Positions 25,561 to 34,355 of a stretch of DNA of 64,000 bases are shown one piece after another. The notes beneath the pieces are model-generated. The model was not told the origin of the DNA, did no database searches, and saw only the letters and a list, made by a program, of their open reading frames with translations. Source of the DNA: an uncultured Chloroflexia bacterium (GTDB lineage: Bacteria; Chloroflexota; Limnocylindria; Limnocylindrales; CSP1-4); the NCBI GenBank assembly GCA_963738685.1, contig CAVTXK010000002.1, forward strand, positions 944,168-1,008,167, given 5' to 3'. Within the stretch, counting starts at the first letter, position 1. Each line of letters begins with the position of its first letter. Made by a program: the position numbers and the translations under genes.

Positions 25561-25578
25561 TGCTACCGACGTGTAGCA
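25561..25578. promoter_or_regulatory. palindrome TGCTAC-cgacgt-GTAGCA in the divergent promoter region (possible operator)
   Basis: Read directly. It lies in the 174-bp region (25515-25688) between the minus-strand PNPOx gene and the plus-strand ABC ATPase gene. Confidence 0.3.
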
Positions 25579-25688
25579 GGTTTTGGCGCCCAGTCCGGCG
25601 CGCGGGCTGGGCGCCGGATTCGCGTGCGGCCGGGGCCGATCCAGCCCTGCGCGGCGATAGGCCCGAGACCGGAGTACCATGCGCCCTC

Positions 25689-26666
25689 ATGCCTCAAACG
25701 CTCGCACCGGCGGGCGCGCCCGATGTCAGCGCGCCATCCACGTCGGAATCGCTCATCCACGCCCGTGGCCTGACCAAGCGCTTCGGCGATCTCGTCGCGG
25801 TCGACGGCATCGATTTCGACGTCGCGCCCGGCGAATTGTTCGGCTTCCTCGGGCCGAATGGCGCCGGCAAGACGTCGACCATGCGGATGATCGGCTGCGT
25901 CTCGCCGTTGTCCGGCGGCACGCTGCGCATCCTCGGGATGGACCCGGTCGCGGACGGACCGCGGATCCGGGCTCGACTGGGCGTCGTCCCCCAACAGGAC
26001 ACCCTCGACACGGAGTTGACGGTCCGGGAGAACCTCCTGATCTACGGCCGATATTTCGGGCTGACCCGCGCCGAGTGCGCGAAGCGCGCCGACGATCTGC
26101 TCGACTTCGCCCAGCTGACCGAGCGGGCGGACGACCAGGTCGAGCACATGTCGGGCGGCATGAAGCGTCGCCTGACCATCGCCCGGAGCCTCATCAACGA
26201 GCCCGACCTGATGCTGCTCGACGAGCCGACGACCGGCCTTGATCCGCAGGCGCGCCACCTGCTGTGGGACCGGCTCTACCGGCTCAAGCAGCGCGGTGTC
26301 ACGCTCGTCCTCACGACCCACTACATGGACGAGGCCGAGCAGCTGTGCGATCGGCTCGTCGTCATGGATAAGGCCAAGATCGTGGCCGAGGGCTCCCCAC
26401 GCTCGCTGATCGAGCGGTACTCGACGCGCGAGGTGACCGAGCTGCGCTTCGCGGCCGGGGTCCAGGACACGCTCGACGGCCAGCTCGACGGTCTCGCGGA
26501 GCGGGTCGAGCGCCTGGCCGATCGAGTCCTCCTCTATTCGGACGACGGTGAGGCGGCGGTCGCGGCAGCCCACGCCAGGGGTCTCGAGCCCGAGACCGTC
26601 CTGGTCCGTCGGTCGTCGCTGGAGGATGTCTTCCTGCGCCTGACCGGCCGCTCGCTGATCGAATAG
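25689..26666 (+). CDS. ABC transporter ATP-binding protein (DrrA/NodI-like, ABC-2 exporter type)
   Basis: I chose the ATG at 25689 (MPQTLAP...). Walker A is GPNGAGKTST, the signature is MSGGMKRRL, and Walker B is LMLLDEPTTGLD. Confidence 0.9.
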   Translation: MPQTLAPAGAPDVSAPSTSESLIHARGLTKRFGDLVAVDGIDFDVAPGELFGFLGPNGAGKTSTMRMIGCVSPLSGGTLRILGMDPVADGPRIRARLGVVPQQDTLDTELTVRENLLIYGRYFGLTRAECAKRADDLLDFAQLTERADDQVEHMSGGMKRRLTIARSLINEPDLMLLDEPTTGLDPQARHLLWDRLYRLKQRGVTLVLTTHYMDEAEQLCDRLVVMDKAKIVAEGSPRSLIERYSTREVTELRFAAGVQDTLDGQLDGLAERVERLADRVLLYSDDGEAAVAAAHARGLEPETVLVRRSSLEDVFLRLTGRSLIE

Positions 26667-27467
26667 ATGATCGCGGTAACGTCCCCGGGATCGGCCATCG
26701 GGCGCGTCTTCGAGCATCGGCTCCTGCAGTACAAGCGCAGCTACCGGGCGAGCATCTTCAGCTCGTTCCTGACGCCGGTCCTGTTCCTGGCGGCGATGGG
26801 GCTGGGTCTGGGCACGTACGTCGACAGCGGATCGAACGAGGCACTCGGCGGCGTGTCCTACCTCGCCTTCCTGGCCCCGGGCCTGCTCGCCGCGACGTGC
26901 ATGCAGTCGGCCGCCTTCGAAGCGGCATTCCCGATCATGGCCGGGCTCATCTGGTCGCGGGTCTTCCACGCGATGCACGCCACCCCCATCAGCGGGCCGG
27001 ATATCGCCCTCGGGAACCTGGCCTGGATCGCCGCCCGGATGCTCCTCGTCGCGACGGTGTTCACCATCGTGATGGTGGCGTTCGGGGCCGCGACGTCGCC
27101 GCTCGTCGTCTTCGCCATCCCGGCCGCCGCGTTGACCGGTCTCGCCTTCGCGGCCCCGATCATGGCCTTCTCGGCGACCCAGCGAACGCCGGACAAGTTC
27201 AACGCGATCTTCCGCTTCGGGATCACGCCGCTGTTCCTGTTCTCCGGCACGTTCTACCCGGTCGAGTCGCTGCCGGCCGTCCTCCAGCCGCTGGCTTGGG
27301 TCACGCCGCTGTGGCACGGCGTGTCGCTGGCCCGCGGGCTGTCCCTCGGGACCATCGGCGAGGACCCGCTCATGGCCGTGATCCACCTTGCGGTGCTGCT
27401 CACGTTCGTCGTGGTCGGGACGTGGTTCGCCATCCGCAACGTCAATGCGAAGTTGCTCCGCGGATGA
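26667..27467 (+). CDS. ABC-2 type transporter permease
   Basis: The start abuts the ATPase stop. Six hydrophobic segments. The ending, ...AVIHLAVLLTFVVVGTWFAIR, is NodJ/DrrB-like. Confidence 0.8.
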   Translation: MIAVTSPGSAIGRVFEHRLLQYKRSYRASIFSSFLTPVLFLAAMGLGLGTYVDSGSNEALGGVSYLAFLAPGLLAATCMQSAAFEAAFPIMAGLIWSRVFHAMHATPISGPDIALGNLAWIAARMLLVATVFTIVMVAFGAATSPLVVFAIPAAALTGLAFAAPIMAFSATQRTPDKFNAIFRFGITPLFLFSGTFYPVESLPAVLQPLAWVTPLWHGVSLARGLSLGTIGEDPLMAVIHLAVLLTFVVVGTWFAIRNVNAKLLRG

Positions 27468-28264
27468 CGGCCTTCCCCCTGACGACCGGGCTGCTCATCG
27501 GGAGCCGTCGCTCCCTACGCCTGGTCGAGCGCAACCTGTTCGTCTACAAGCACGGCTGGCTGGTCATCCTGTCGGGCTTCTTCGAGCCGCTGTTCTACCT
27601 GCTATCGATCGGGTTCGGGCTGGGTGCCCTCATCGGGACGGTCCCCGGGCCGGGTGGCGAGCCGATCTCGTACCAGCTGTTCGTGGCCCCGGCGCTGCTC
27701 GCGAGCTCGGCGATGAACGGGGCGATCAGCGAGGCGACCTTCAACTTCTTCTTCAAGCTCAACTACAACAAGACGTTCACGGCGATCCTGGCCACGCCCC
27801 TGTCGCCGGGCGACGTCGCGCTGGGGGAGTTGATCTGGGCGCTCATCCGTGGCGGCCTGTACGCGATCGGCTTCATGGTCGTCATGGTGGTGCTGGGCCT
27901 GGTGGTCTCGCCGTGGGTGGTGCTCGCGCTGCCCGCGGCCCTGCTCGTCGGTTTCGCCTTCGGGGCCGTCGGCATGGCCGCCACCTCGTTCATGAAGACC
28001 TGGCAGGACTTCGACCTGATCCAGCTCGTCGTGCTACCGCTATTCCTGTTCTCAGCGACGTTCTACCCGATCGAGACGTACCCCGAGGCGCTGCGGATCA
28101 TCGTCCAGCTGACGCCGTTGTACCAGGGCGTGGACCTCATCCGGTCGCTGACGGTCGGGGCGATCTCGCCGGTCCTCCTGGTCCATGTCGTCTACCTGCT
28201 GGTGATGGGGTTCGCGGGGCTGTGGGTCGTGTCGCGGCGGCTCGACAAGCTGCTGCTCACCTAG
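27464..28264 (+). CDS. ABC-2 type transporter permease (second subunit)
   Basis: ATGA overlap with the previous permease. Its organisation is paralogous: LVERNLFVYKHGWLVILSGFFEPLFYLLSIGFGLG. Confidence 0.8.
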   Translation: MTAFPLTTGLLIGSRRSLRLVERNLFVYKHGWLVILSGFFEPLFYLLSIGFGLGALIGTVPGPGGEPISYQLFVAPALLASSAMNGAISEATFNFFFKLNYNKTFTAILATPLSPGDVALGELIWALIRGGLYAIGFMVVMVVLGLVVSPWVVLALPAALLVGFAFGAVGMAATSFMKTWQDFDLIQLVVLPLFLFSATFYPIETYPEALRIIVQLTPLYQGVDLIRSLTVGAISPVLLVHVVYLLVMGFAGLWVVSRRLDKLLLT

Positions 28265-28280
28265 GGCGCGGTCCCGGTTC

Positions 28281-28988
28281 GTGGCCACGGATCGCGCGGC
28301 GCTCGCGGCGCTCACCGACGAGATCGTCACGTGCCGGCGTTGCCCGCGCCTCGTCGAGTGGCGGGAGCGCGTAGCTCGCGAGAAGGTCGCGAGGTTCCGC
28401 GACGAGCCGTACTGGGGACGCCCGGTGCCCGGCTTCGGCGATCCGGACGGGCGGATCCTCATCGTGGGGCTGGCGCCGGCCGCCCACGGCGGCAATCGGA
28501 CCGGGCGAGTGTTCACGGGTGACGCCTCGGGCGACTTCCTGTGGGCGGCCCTCCACCGGGCGGGACTGGCCGACCGACCGTCGTCGCGCCGGGCCGATGA
28601 CGGCCTGACCTTGCGCGAAACGTACATCGCGGCGGCCGTCCGGTGCGCACCACCGGCCAACAAGCCCTCCATCGAGGAGCGCGATACGTGTGCGCCCTTC
28701 CTCGTCCGCGAGATGCGGCTCCTGGAGCGGATCCGGGTCGTGCTGGCGCTCGGGGCGTTCGGGTGGGATGCGGCGCTGCGTACGATGGCCGCGCTGGGGC
28801 ACGCACCGGCGGTCACGGGCAAGCCGCGGTTCGGGCACGCGGCGGAGGCGCCGGTCGGGCCGTATGTGCTCCTCGGGTCCTACCACCCGTCGCAGCAGAA
28901 CACGTTCACCGGCCGCCTGACGCCGGCGATGTTCGATGCGGTCGTCGAGCGAGCCGCGGAGCTGACGCGGATCGCCGGGCGTCGATGA
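28281..28988 (+). CDS. uracil-DNA glycosylase, family 5 (UdgB-like)
   Basis: CRRCPRLVEWRE, the GLAPAAHGGNRTGRVFTGD motif (family 5 type, as opposed to GEAPG in family 4), and HPSQQN. Confidence 0.78.
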   Translation: MATDRAALAALTDEIVTCRRCPRLVEWRERVAREKVARFRDEPYWGRPVPGFGDPDGRILIVGLAPAAHGGNRTGRVFTGDASGDFLWAALHRAGLADRPSSRRADDGLTLRETYIAAAVRCAPPANKPSIEERDTCAPFLVREMRLLERIRVVLALGAFGWDAALRTMAALGHAPAVTGKPRFGHAAEAPVGPYVLLGSYHPSQQNTFTGRLTPAMFDAVVERAAELTRIAGRR

Positions 28989-29056
28989 GGTCCCGCCAAC
29001 GCCCACGCGTGGCCCCGGCCGCGGCCGAGCGTCGCCTCTCGTAGACTTCCCGCTGG

Positions 29057-30175
29057 ATGGCCACCACGGAACGCGACCTCTACCAGGTCCTGGGTGTCGA
29101 ACGCGGCGCGAGCGACGCCGAGATCAAGCGCGCCTTTCGCAAGCTCGCCCAACAGTGGCATCCCGACGTCAACCAGGACCCCGAGGCGGCGAGTCGGTTC
29201 AAGGAGGCCAGCGAGGCGTACCAGATCCTGTCCGACCCGGAGCGCCGCCAGCGCTACGACACATTCGGTCGAGCCGGTGTCGACGGGGGAGCGGGCGGCC
29301 CCGGTGCCGGCTTCGAGGGCTTCGGCGGGTTCAGCGACATCTTCGACGCATTCTTCGGCGGTGCGGCCGGTGGGAGCTCGGCGCGCCGAGGTCGGCCGCA
29401 GCCCGGTGCCGACCTCCGCTACGACCTCCGGATCACGTTCGAGGAAGCGGTCAAGGGCACCGACAAGGAGATCGAGTTCCGGGTCCTCGGTCGCTGCGAG
29501 ACGTGCAGCGGATCGGGTGCCAAGCCCGGCACCGAGGCGACGACCTGTCCGCAATGCGAAGGCAGGGGCGAGGTCCGCAGCGTTCGCCAGACGATGCTCG
29601 GGCAGATGGTCAACGTCAGCGCCTGCCCGCGCTGCCGGGGCGAGGGCAAGATCGTCGAGACGCCCTGCGACGCCTGCCGGGGCGACGGCCGGACGGAGCG
29701 CAAGCGGAGCCTGCGCGTGACCATCCCGGCCGGCATCGACGAGGGTCATCAGATCCGCCTCACCAACGAGGGCGAGGTCGGCCCGCGTGGCGGCCCGCCC
29801 GGCTCGCTCTACGTCGCCGTCCACGTCGCCCCGCACCCGACCCTCAAGCGTGAGGGCACCGAGCTGTACTACGAGGCGACCATCTCGATCGCGCAGGCGG
29901 CCCTCGGCACGAAGCTCCACGTCCCGACCGTCGACGGCGACGAGGAGGTCGAGATCAAGGCCGGCACCCAGCCCGAGACCGAGATCCGGCTGCGGGGCAA
30001 GGGCGTGCCGCATCTTCGGCGCAGCGGCGCGCGGGGCGACCTGCACGTCCTGGTCGACGTGGCCGTGCCGACCAAGCTCAGCAAGAAGCAGCGCGAGCTG
30101 CTCGAGGCGTACGCCAAGGAAACCGGGGAAGAGGTCGGCGGAACGGGCGGCCTGCGCGAGAAGCTCGGCTTGTAG
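29057..30175 (+). CDS. dnaJ: molecular chaperone DnaJ
   Basis: J-domain: DLYQVLGVERGASDAEIKRAFRKLAQQWHPDVN. A G/F-rich region follows, then four CxxCxGxG zinc motifs (CETCSGSG, CPQCEGRG, CPRCRGEG, CDACRGDG). Confidence 0.95.
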   Translation: MATTERDLYQVLGVERGASDAEIKRAFRKLAQQWHPDVNQDPEAASRFKEASEAYQILSDPERRQRYDTFGRAGVDGGAGGPGAGFEGFGGFSDIFDAFFGGAAGGSSARRGRPQPGADLRYDLRITFEEAVKGTDKEIEFRVLGRCETCSGSGAKPGTEATTCPQCEGRGEVRSVRQTMLGQMVNVSACPRCRGEGKIVETPCDACRGDGRTERKRSLRVTIPAGIDEGHQIRLTNEGEVGPRGGPPGSLYVAVHVAPHPTLKREGTELYYEATISIAQAALGTKLHVPTVDGDEEVEIKAGTQPETEIRLRGKGVPHLRRSGARGDLHVLVDVAVPTKLSKKQRELLEAYAKETGEEVGGTGGLREKLGL

Positions 30176-31135
30176 GTGACGCGGGCGGACGCGTCGGACG
30201 CGTCGGGCGTCGGAGCCTGGTTGGAACTGGCCGTGGAGGCCGACCTCGAGGCCGTCGAGGCGGTCAGCGAGATCCTGGGCCGGGTCGCCAGCGGCGGCAC
30301 GACCGTGGAGCCGGCATTCGATCTCGTCGACGAGGGCCTGGGTGCGCGGGTGGACCCTTCGCGGCCCGCCACCGTTCGCGGCTACGTGCCTGCGCGCGAC
30401 GTGTCCGCGGCCGAGGCCGCCGCCGCGAACGCCGCCGAGGCCCTGGGCCACCTCCAGGCGTTCGGCCTCCGGACGATCGGCGAGCTGCGGACCCGGATCG
30501 TCCACGAGGAGGACTGGGCGGACGCGTGGAAGGCGTTCTTCCCGGTGATGCGCATCGGGCGGCGACTCGTCATCCGGCCGACCTGGCGGCGCCACCGCCG
30601 CGCTCCGGACGATGTCGTCCTCGCGCTCGACCCGGGAATGGCGTTCGGCACCGGCCTGCACCCGACCACGCGCCTGTGCCTCGCCGCGCTCGAAGCACTC
30701 GATGACCGCGGTGGCATCGATGGTGCCCGGGTGCTCGACGTGGGGTGCGGGTCGGGGATCCTCGCGATCGCCGCGATCCGTCTCGGCGCGGCGTCGGCGC
30801 TCGGGGTCGACACCGATCCCATCGCCATCGAGTCGACCACGGCCAACGCCCGGCGCAACGGGATCGCGCGCCGGGTCCGCGCCCGGGTCGGCAGCCTGCC
30901 GAGTGGCGAAGCCCCGTTCGATGTCGTCCTCGCCAATCTCATCGCCGGCGTGCTGGTCGCCCTGGCCGCGGGGCTGCACGACGAGCTCCGACCGGGCGGC
31001 ACGCTCCTCGCTTCCGGGATCTTCATCGATCGCGAAGCCGAGGTCCGGGCGGCGTTCGGATCGGCCGGCCTCGATGTCGTCGGGCGGACCGCGGAGGGCG
31101 ACTGGGTCGCGCTCCTTGCCGTCCGACCGGCCTGA
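30176..31135 (+). CDS. prmA: 50S ribosomal protein L11 methyltransferase
   Basis: The GTG start abuts the dnaJ stop. FGTGLHPTTRLCL, VLDVGCGSGILAIAA and ANLIAGVL. Confidence 0.85.
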   Translation: MTRADASDASGVGAWLELAVEADLEAVEAVSEILGRVASGGTTVEPAFDLVDEGLGARVDPSRPATVRGYVPARDVSAAEAAAANAAEALGHLQAFGLRTIGELRTRIVHEEDWADAWKAFFPVMRIGRRLVIRPTWRRHRRAPDDVVLALDPGMAFGTGLHPTTRLCLAALEALDDRGGIDGARVLDVGCGSGILAIAAIRLGAASALGVDTDPIAIESTTANARRNGIARRVRARVGSLPSGEAPFDVVLANLIAGVLVALAAGLHDELRPGGTLLASGIFIDREAEVRAAFGSAGLDVVGRTAEGDWVALLAVRPA

Positions 31136-31172
31136 CGGCTCTCGGGCCGGACCGACCCTACAATCAGCGGCG

Positions 31173-31634
31173 ATGCCCGCGACCCTCTTTCCGATCGTGC
31201 TCGCCGTGCACATCGGCCTGGCGATCAGCCTGTTCCTGCCCTCGATCCTGTTGCCGTTCACCCTGCGGACGCGCCGGGCGACGGTCGAGTCGGCGAGCCC
31301 GGTCGTCCGGGGGCTGCTGTGGGCCCAGTCGCACGGCACGGTCGTCATCGGGGCCGGGCTCGCGCTGTCGGGCCTCGCCCTGATCTCGATCCTCGGACCA
31401 TCGATGCTCCAGCAGCCGTGGCTGCTGGTGGCGCTCGTGATCTACTTCGCGAACCTCGCGATCGCCTTCTTCATCCAGCGCCCCAACCTGCGCCGGCTCA
31501 TCGGCGTCAAGGCCGCGGCCGACGACCAGGTCTGGAAGGAACGGGCGAAGCGGCAGCGCTACGTGTCGTACCTGATGGCCGGGCTCGTCGGCGCGATCGG
31601 GTTCCTCATGAGCACGAAACCCACGTTCTGGTGA
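31173..31634 (+). CDS. small integral membrane protein (DUF2269-like, tentative)
   Basis: Four hydrophobic helices, e.g. MPATLFPIVLAVHIGLAISLFLPSILLPF... The family assignment rests on memory only. Confidence 0.55.
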   Translation: MPATLFPIVLAVHIGLAISLFLPSILLPFTLRTRRATVESASPVVRGLLWAQSHGTVVIGAGLALSGLALISILGPSMLQQPWLLVALVIYFANLAIAFFIQRPNLRRLIGVKAAADDQVWKERAKRQRYVSYLMAGLVGAIGFLMSTKPTFW

Positions 31635-31648
31635 GCGAAGGAGCACGC

Positions 31649-32008
31649 GTGACCACCGACACCGCCACCGATTGCCTGTTCTGCCGCATCGTCGCCGGGG
31701 ACGTGCCGTCCGATCGGGTCCACGAGGACGACCTCATCGTGGCGTTCCGGGACATCAACCCCCGGGCGCCGACGCACGTGCTGCTCGTCCCGCGCCGGCA
31801 CATCCCCTCGGCGCTCGATCTGACCGAGGCCGATGGGCCGCTGCTGGGCCGGCTGTTCGCGGTCGCGGCCGAGCTGGCGCGATCCATGGGCATCGCCGAC
31901 GACGGTTATCGGCTCGTCTCGAACGTGGGTGGCTGGGGCGGCCAGTCGGTCGATCATCTGCACATCCACCTGATGGGCGGGCGCGCATTCGTCTGGCCGC
32001 CCGGGTGA
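31649..32008 (+). CDS. HIT-family (histidine triad) nucleotide-binding protein
   Basis: GAAGGAG RBS then GTG. CLFCRIVAGDVPS and the histidine triad HLHIHLMGG. Confidence 0.85.
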   Translation: MTTDTATDCLFCRIVAGDVPSDRVHEDDLIVAFRDINPRAPTHVLLVPRRHIPSALDLTEADGPLLGRLFAVAAELARSMGIADDGYRLVSNVGGWGGQSVDHLHIHLMGGRAFVWPPG

Positions 32009-32556
32009 GGGGCCGCGGGCGCGGAGCCGTCACGGCGCTGCTCGGCATGGCCCTGGTCGTCGTGGTTGCGGCCTGCAGCCCAGGCGGCGGCGTCTCGGTC
32101 GCGTCGTTTCCAGCCGGGTCGCTCGGGCCGGTCGGGACCGTGAGTTCGGCCGTGGCCCAGACCCGGGCGGAGCTGGTTCGGGTCCTCGGCGAGCGCAACC
32201 TCGTCCTCCGCGACACCGAGGCGCCGTTCCGCCCGCCGGAAGACGCGGTGTTCACGACCGCTCCGCGGCAGGTCTTCCAGGTCGTCCTGCCCGAGGCGCC
32301 GTCCGAGGGGTTCATCGTGGTGTACGAGTTCCCCGATCCCGCGGCCGCGGCCGAGGCGGCCGCGGACCAGGCGGCGTACCTCGCCAGCGGCCCTGCCCGT
32401 GTGCAGTCGGCGTTCGGGACGCGCCACGTCATGCGCCTGGTCGGATCCACGGTCGTGCTGTACTCGTGGGTGCCCGACGGGGTCGTCGACGAGCGGCAAC
32501 GCGAGATCCAGCCGGCGCTCGAGACGCTCGGGGTCGGGGTGCCGATCCCGGCCTGA
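32005..32556 (+). CDS. hypothetical lipoprotein
   Basis: GTGA overlap with the HIT gene. Lipobox LVVVVAAC|S. I recognise no family. Confidence 0.55.
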   Translation: MRGRGRGAVTALLGMALVVVVAACSPGGGVSVASFPAGSLGPVGTVSSAVAQTRAELVRVLGERNLVLRDTEAPFRPPEDAVFTTAPRQVFQVVLPEAPSEGFIVVYEFPDPAAAAEAAADQAAYLASGPARVQSAFGTRHVMRLVGSTVVLYSWVPDGVVDERQREIQPALETLGVGVPIPA

Positions 32557-32631
32557 CCGGTCGGGCCAAGGGGCGGACGGGGAGCGCGGAGACGGGTCCG
32601 CGCGAAAGGGGGATGCGGGAAACGGACGGGC

Positions 32632-34260
32632 TCAGGGATCCTCGCGCGTGGGGATCGGCGCGTCGACGGCCGCCCAGCGGCGAACGGGATCGCGCTTGAC
32701 CTTCAGCGTGTGGGTCCGCGGAAAGTCCTCGGTCGGCCAGAGACGCCAGCCGGCGACCCGCTGGTTCGGCCCCAGGGCCGCATTGGCCGCCTTGACCGCG
32801 GCATCGACGCGGGCCCGCGTGACGGACGCCTCCTCGCTGTCGAGCGCCAGGACGACCGCCTCGATCCGCCCCGGCGCGGTCTCGACGACGACCGCGTCGC
32901 GCAGACCGGCGATGCGCAGGGCATTCTCGATGTCCTCGGGGTACACGTTGAAGCCGTTGGGCAAGACGATGATGTCCTTGATCCGGCCGCTGAGCACGAG
33001 CCGGCCTGCGTCGTCGTAGTGGCCGAGGTCGCCCGTCCGGTACCAGCCGTCCTCGGTGAAGGCCTCGGCGGTGCGTTCCGGTGCGTTCCAATAGCCGCTG
33101 AAGACCGTCCGGCCCCGGAACTGGATCTCGCCGCCCTCCCCGATCCGCATCTCGATGCCCTCCGGCGCGCGACCGACCGTCCCAAGACCGTGATCCTCGA
33201 GCGTCGTGCACGCCCCGGTCCCGGTCTCGGTCGTGCCGTAGCCCTGGAGCACGGTCACGCCCAGGTCTTCCCACGCGGTCTGCAGGCTCGGTGGCAGGAA
33301 GGCGCCCGCCGAGACGAACAATCGGAACTGGCCACCGAGCTGGGCATGGATGCTGCGGAAGAGGAGGCGCCTCGCCGCGAACGGCAGGTGACGCGCGATG
33401 CCGCGAAGGCGATCCACGGTGGCCCGCCGGCCGCGCTTGTCGATCTCGCGTTCGATCGCGCTCCAGAACAGGTCGAGCACCTGCGGCACGACGATCATCG
33501 AGGTGACCCGGTGGTCGCGTAAGGCATCGAAGATGACCCGCGGGTTGCGGCTGCGGACGTAGAGCACGTCCGCGCCCACATCGAGCGCGTAGTACAGGCC
33601 GACGGCCTGCTCGAGCAGGTGCGACAGCGGCAGGAGCGAGACGATCCGGTGGTCCATCGCGGGGACGATGTGATGGAACGTCTCGATGGACGCCACGACG
33701 TTGTCGTGCCGCAGCATGACGCCTTTGGGGGTGCCGGTCGTCCCGCTCGTGAAGATGAGTTGGAACAGCTCGTCGGGCGTCGGGCGCTGCCAGGCGGCCT
33801 GGCGCGCCTCCCAGTCGGGCGGGAACGCCAGGTCATCCTCGGCGGGTTCGGCGCTGAGCGCCTCGACCGTGGTCGTCGGGAAGTCGCCCAGACCGGCGTC
33901 GCGCGGATCGGGCGCGTCGCGGCCGGTGCCCAGGATGAGGTGACGGGCGCCCGAGGCGCGGACGATGGTGTCGATCGCATCAGGCGACATCCGCAGGTCA
34001 AGCGGCACGATCACGAGGCGCGCATGCATCGCCCCGAAATAGGCCGCCGGGAGTTCCGGCATCGACGGGCTCCAGGTCAGGATCCGGTCGCCGGGCTCGA
34101 GATCGAGCGCCCGAAGCCGCCACGCCGCGATGCGCGCGCGGCGGTCGAGGTCGCGGTAGCTCCAGGTCGTGGTGGTGCCATCGTCGTGGCGCAGGCCGAG
34201 CGCCGGCCGATCGCCAAATCGGGTGACAGCGCCGTCCAGGATATCGATGAGCGTGGGCAT
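32632..34260 (-). CDS. AMP-dependent synthetase/ligase (long-chain fatty acid-CoA ligase-like)
   Basis: The AMP-binding motif FTSGTTGTPKGVMLRHDN, plus GYGTTETG and YRTGDLG. Length is 542 aa. Confidence 0.85.
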   Translation of the reverse strand: MPTLIDILDGAVTRFGDRPALGLRHDDGTTTTWSYRDLDRRARIAAWRLRALDLEPGDRILTWSPSMPELPAAYFGAMHARLVIVPLDLRMSPDAIDTIVRASGARHLILGTGRDAPDPRDAGLGDFPTTTVEALSAEPAEDDLAFPPDWEARQAAWQRPTPDELFQLIFTSGTTGTPKGVMLRHDNVVASIETFHHIVPAMDHRIVSLLPLSHLLEQAVGLYYALDVGADVLYVRSRNPRVIFDALRDHRVTSMIVVPQVLDLFWSAIEREIDKRGRRATVDRLRGIARHLPFAARRLLFRSIHAQLGGQFRLFVSAGAFLPPSLQTAWEDLGVTVLQGYGTTETGTGACTTLEDHGLGTVGRAPEGIEMRIGEGGEIQFRGRTVFSGYWNAPERTAEAFTEDGWYRTGDLGHYDDAGRLVLSGRIKDIIVLPNGFNVYPEDIENALRIAGLRDAVVVETAPGRIEAVVLALDSEEASVTRARVDAAVKAANAALGPNQRVAGWRLWPTEDFPRTHTLKVKRDPVRRWAAVDAPIPTREDP

Positions 34261-34355
34261 GTGCGCGCAGCGTAGCGCGGCGGGACACGGGCAACGTCGA
34301 CGCGATGGGGCTCGGCTACGATGGACGACGTTCCCGCGTGGGAGGTCATGAGCGG

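Noticed and set aside
21432-29056. The dnaK-dnaJ intervening block as a classical mobile genetic element or prophage remnant.
   Set aside because: There is no integrase, transposase, recombinase, phage structural gene or tRNA attachment site, and no matching terminal direct or inverted repeats. By eye the base composition resembles the flanks. I report it only as a synteny break.
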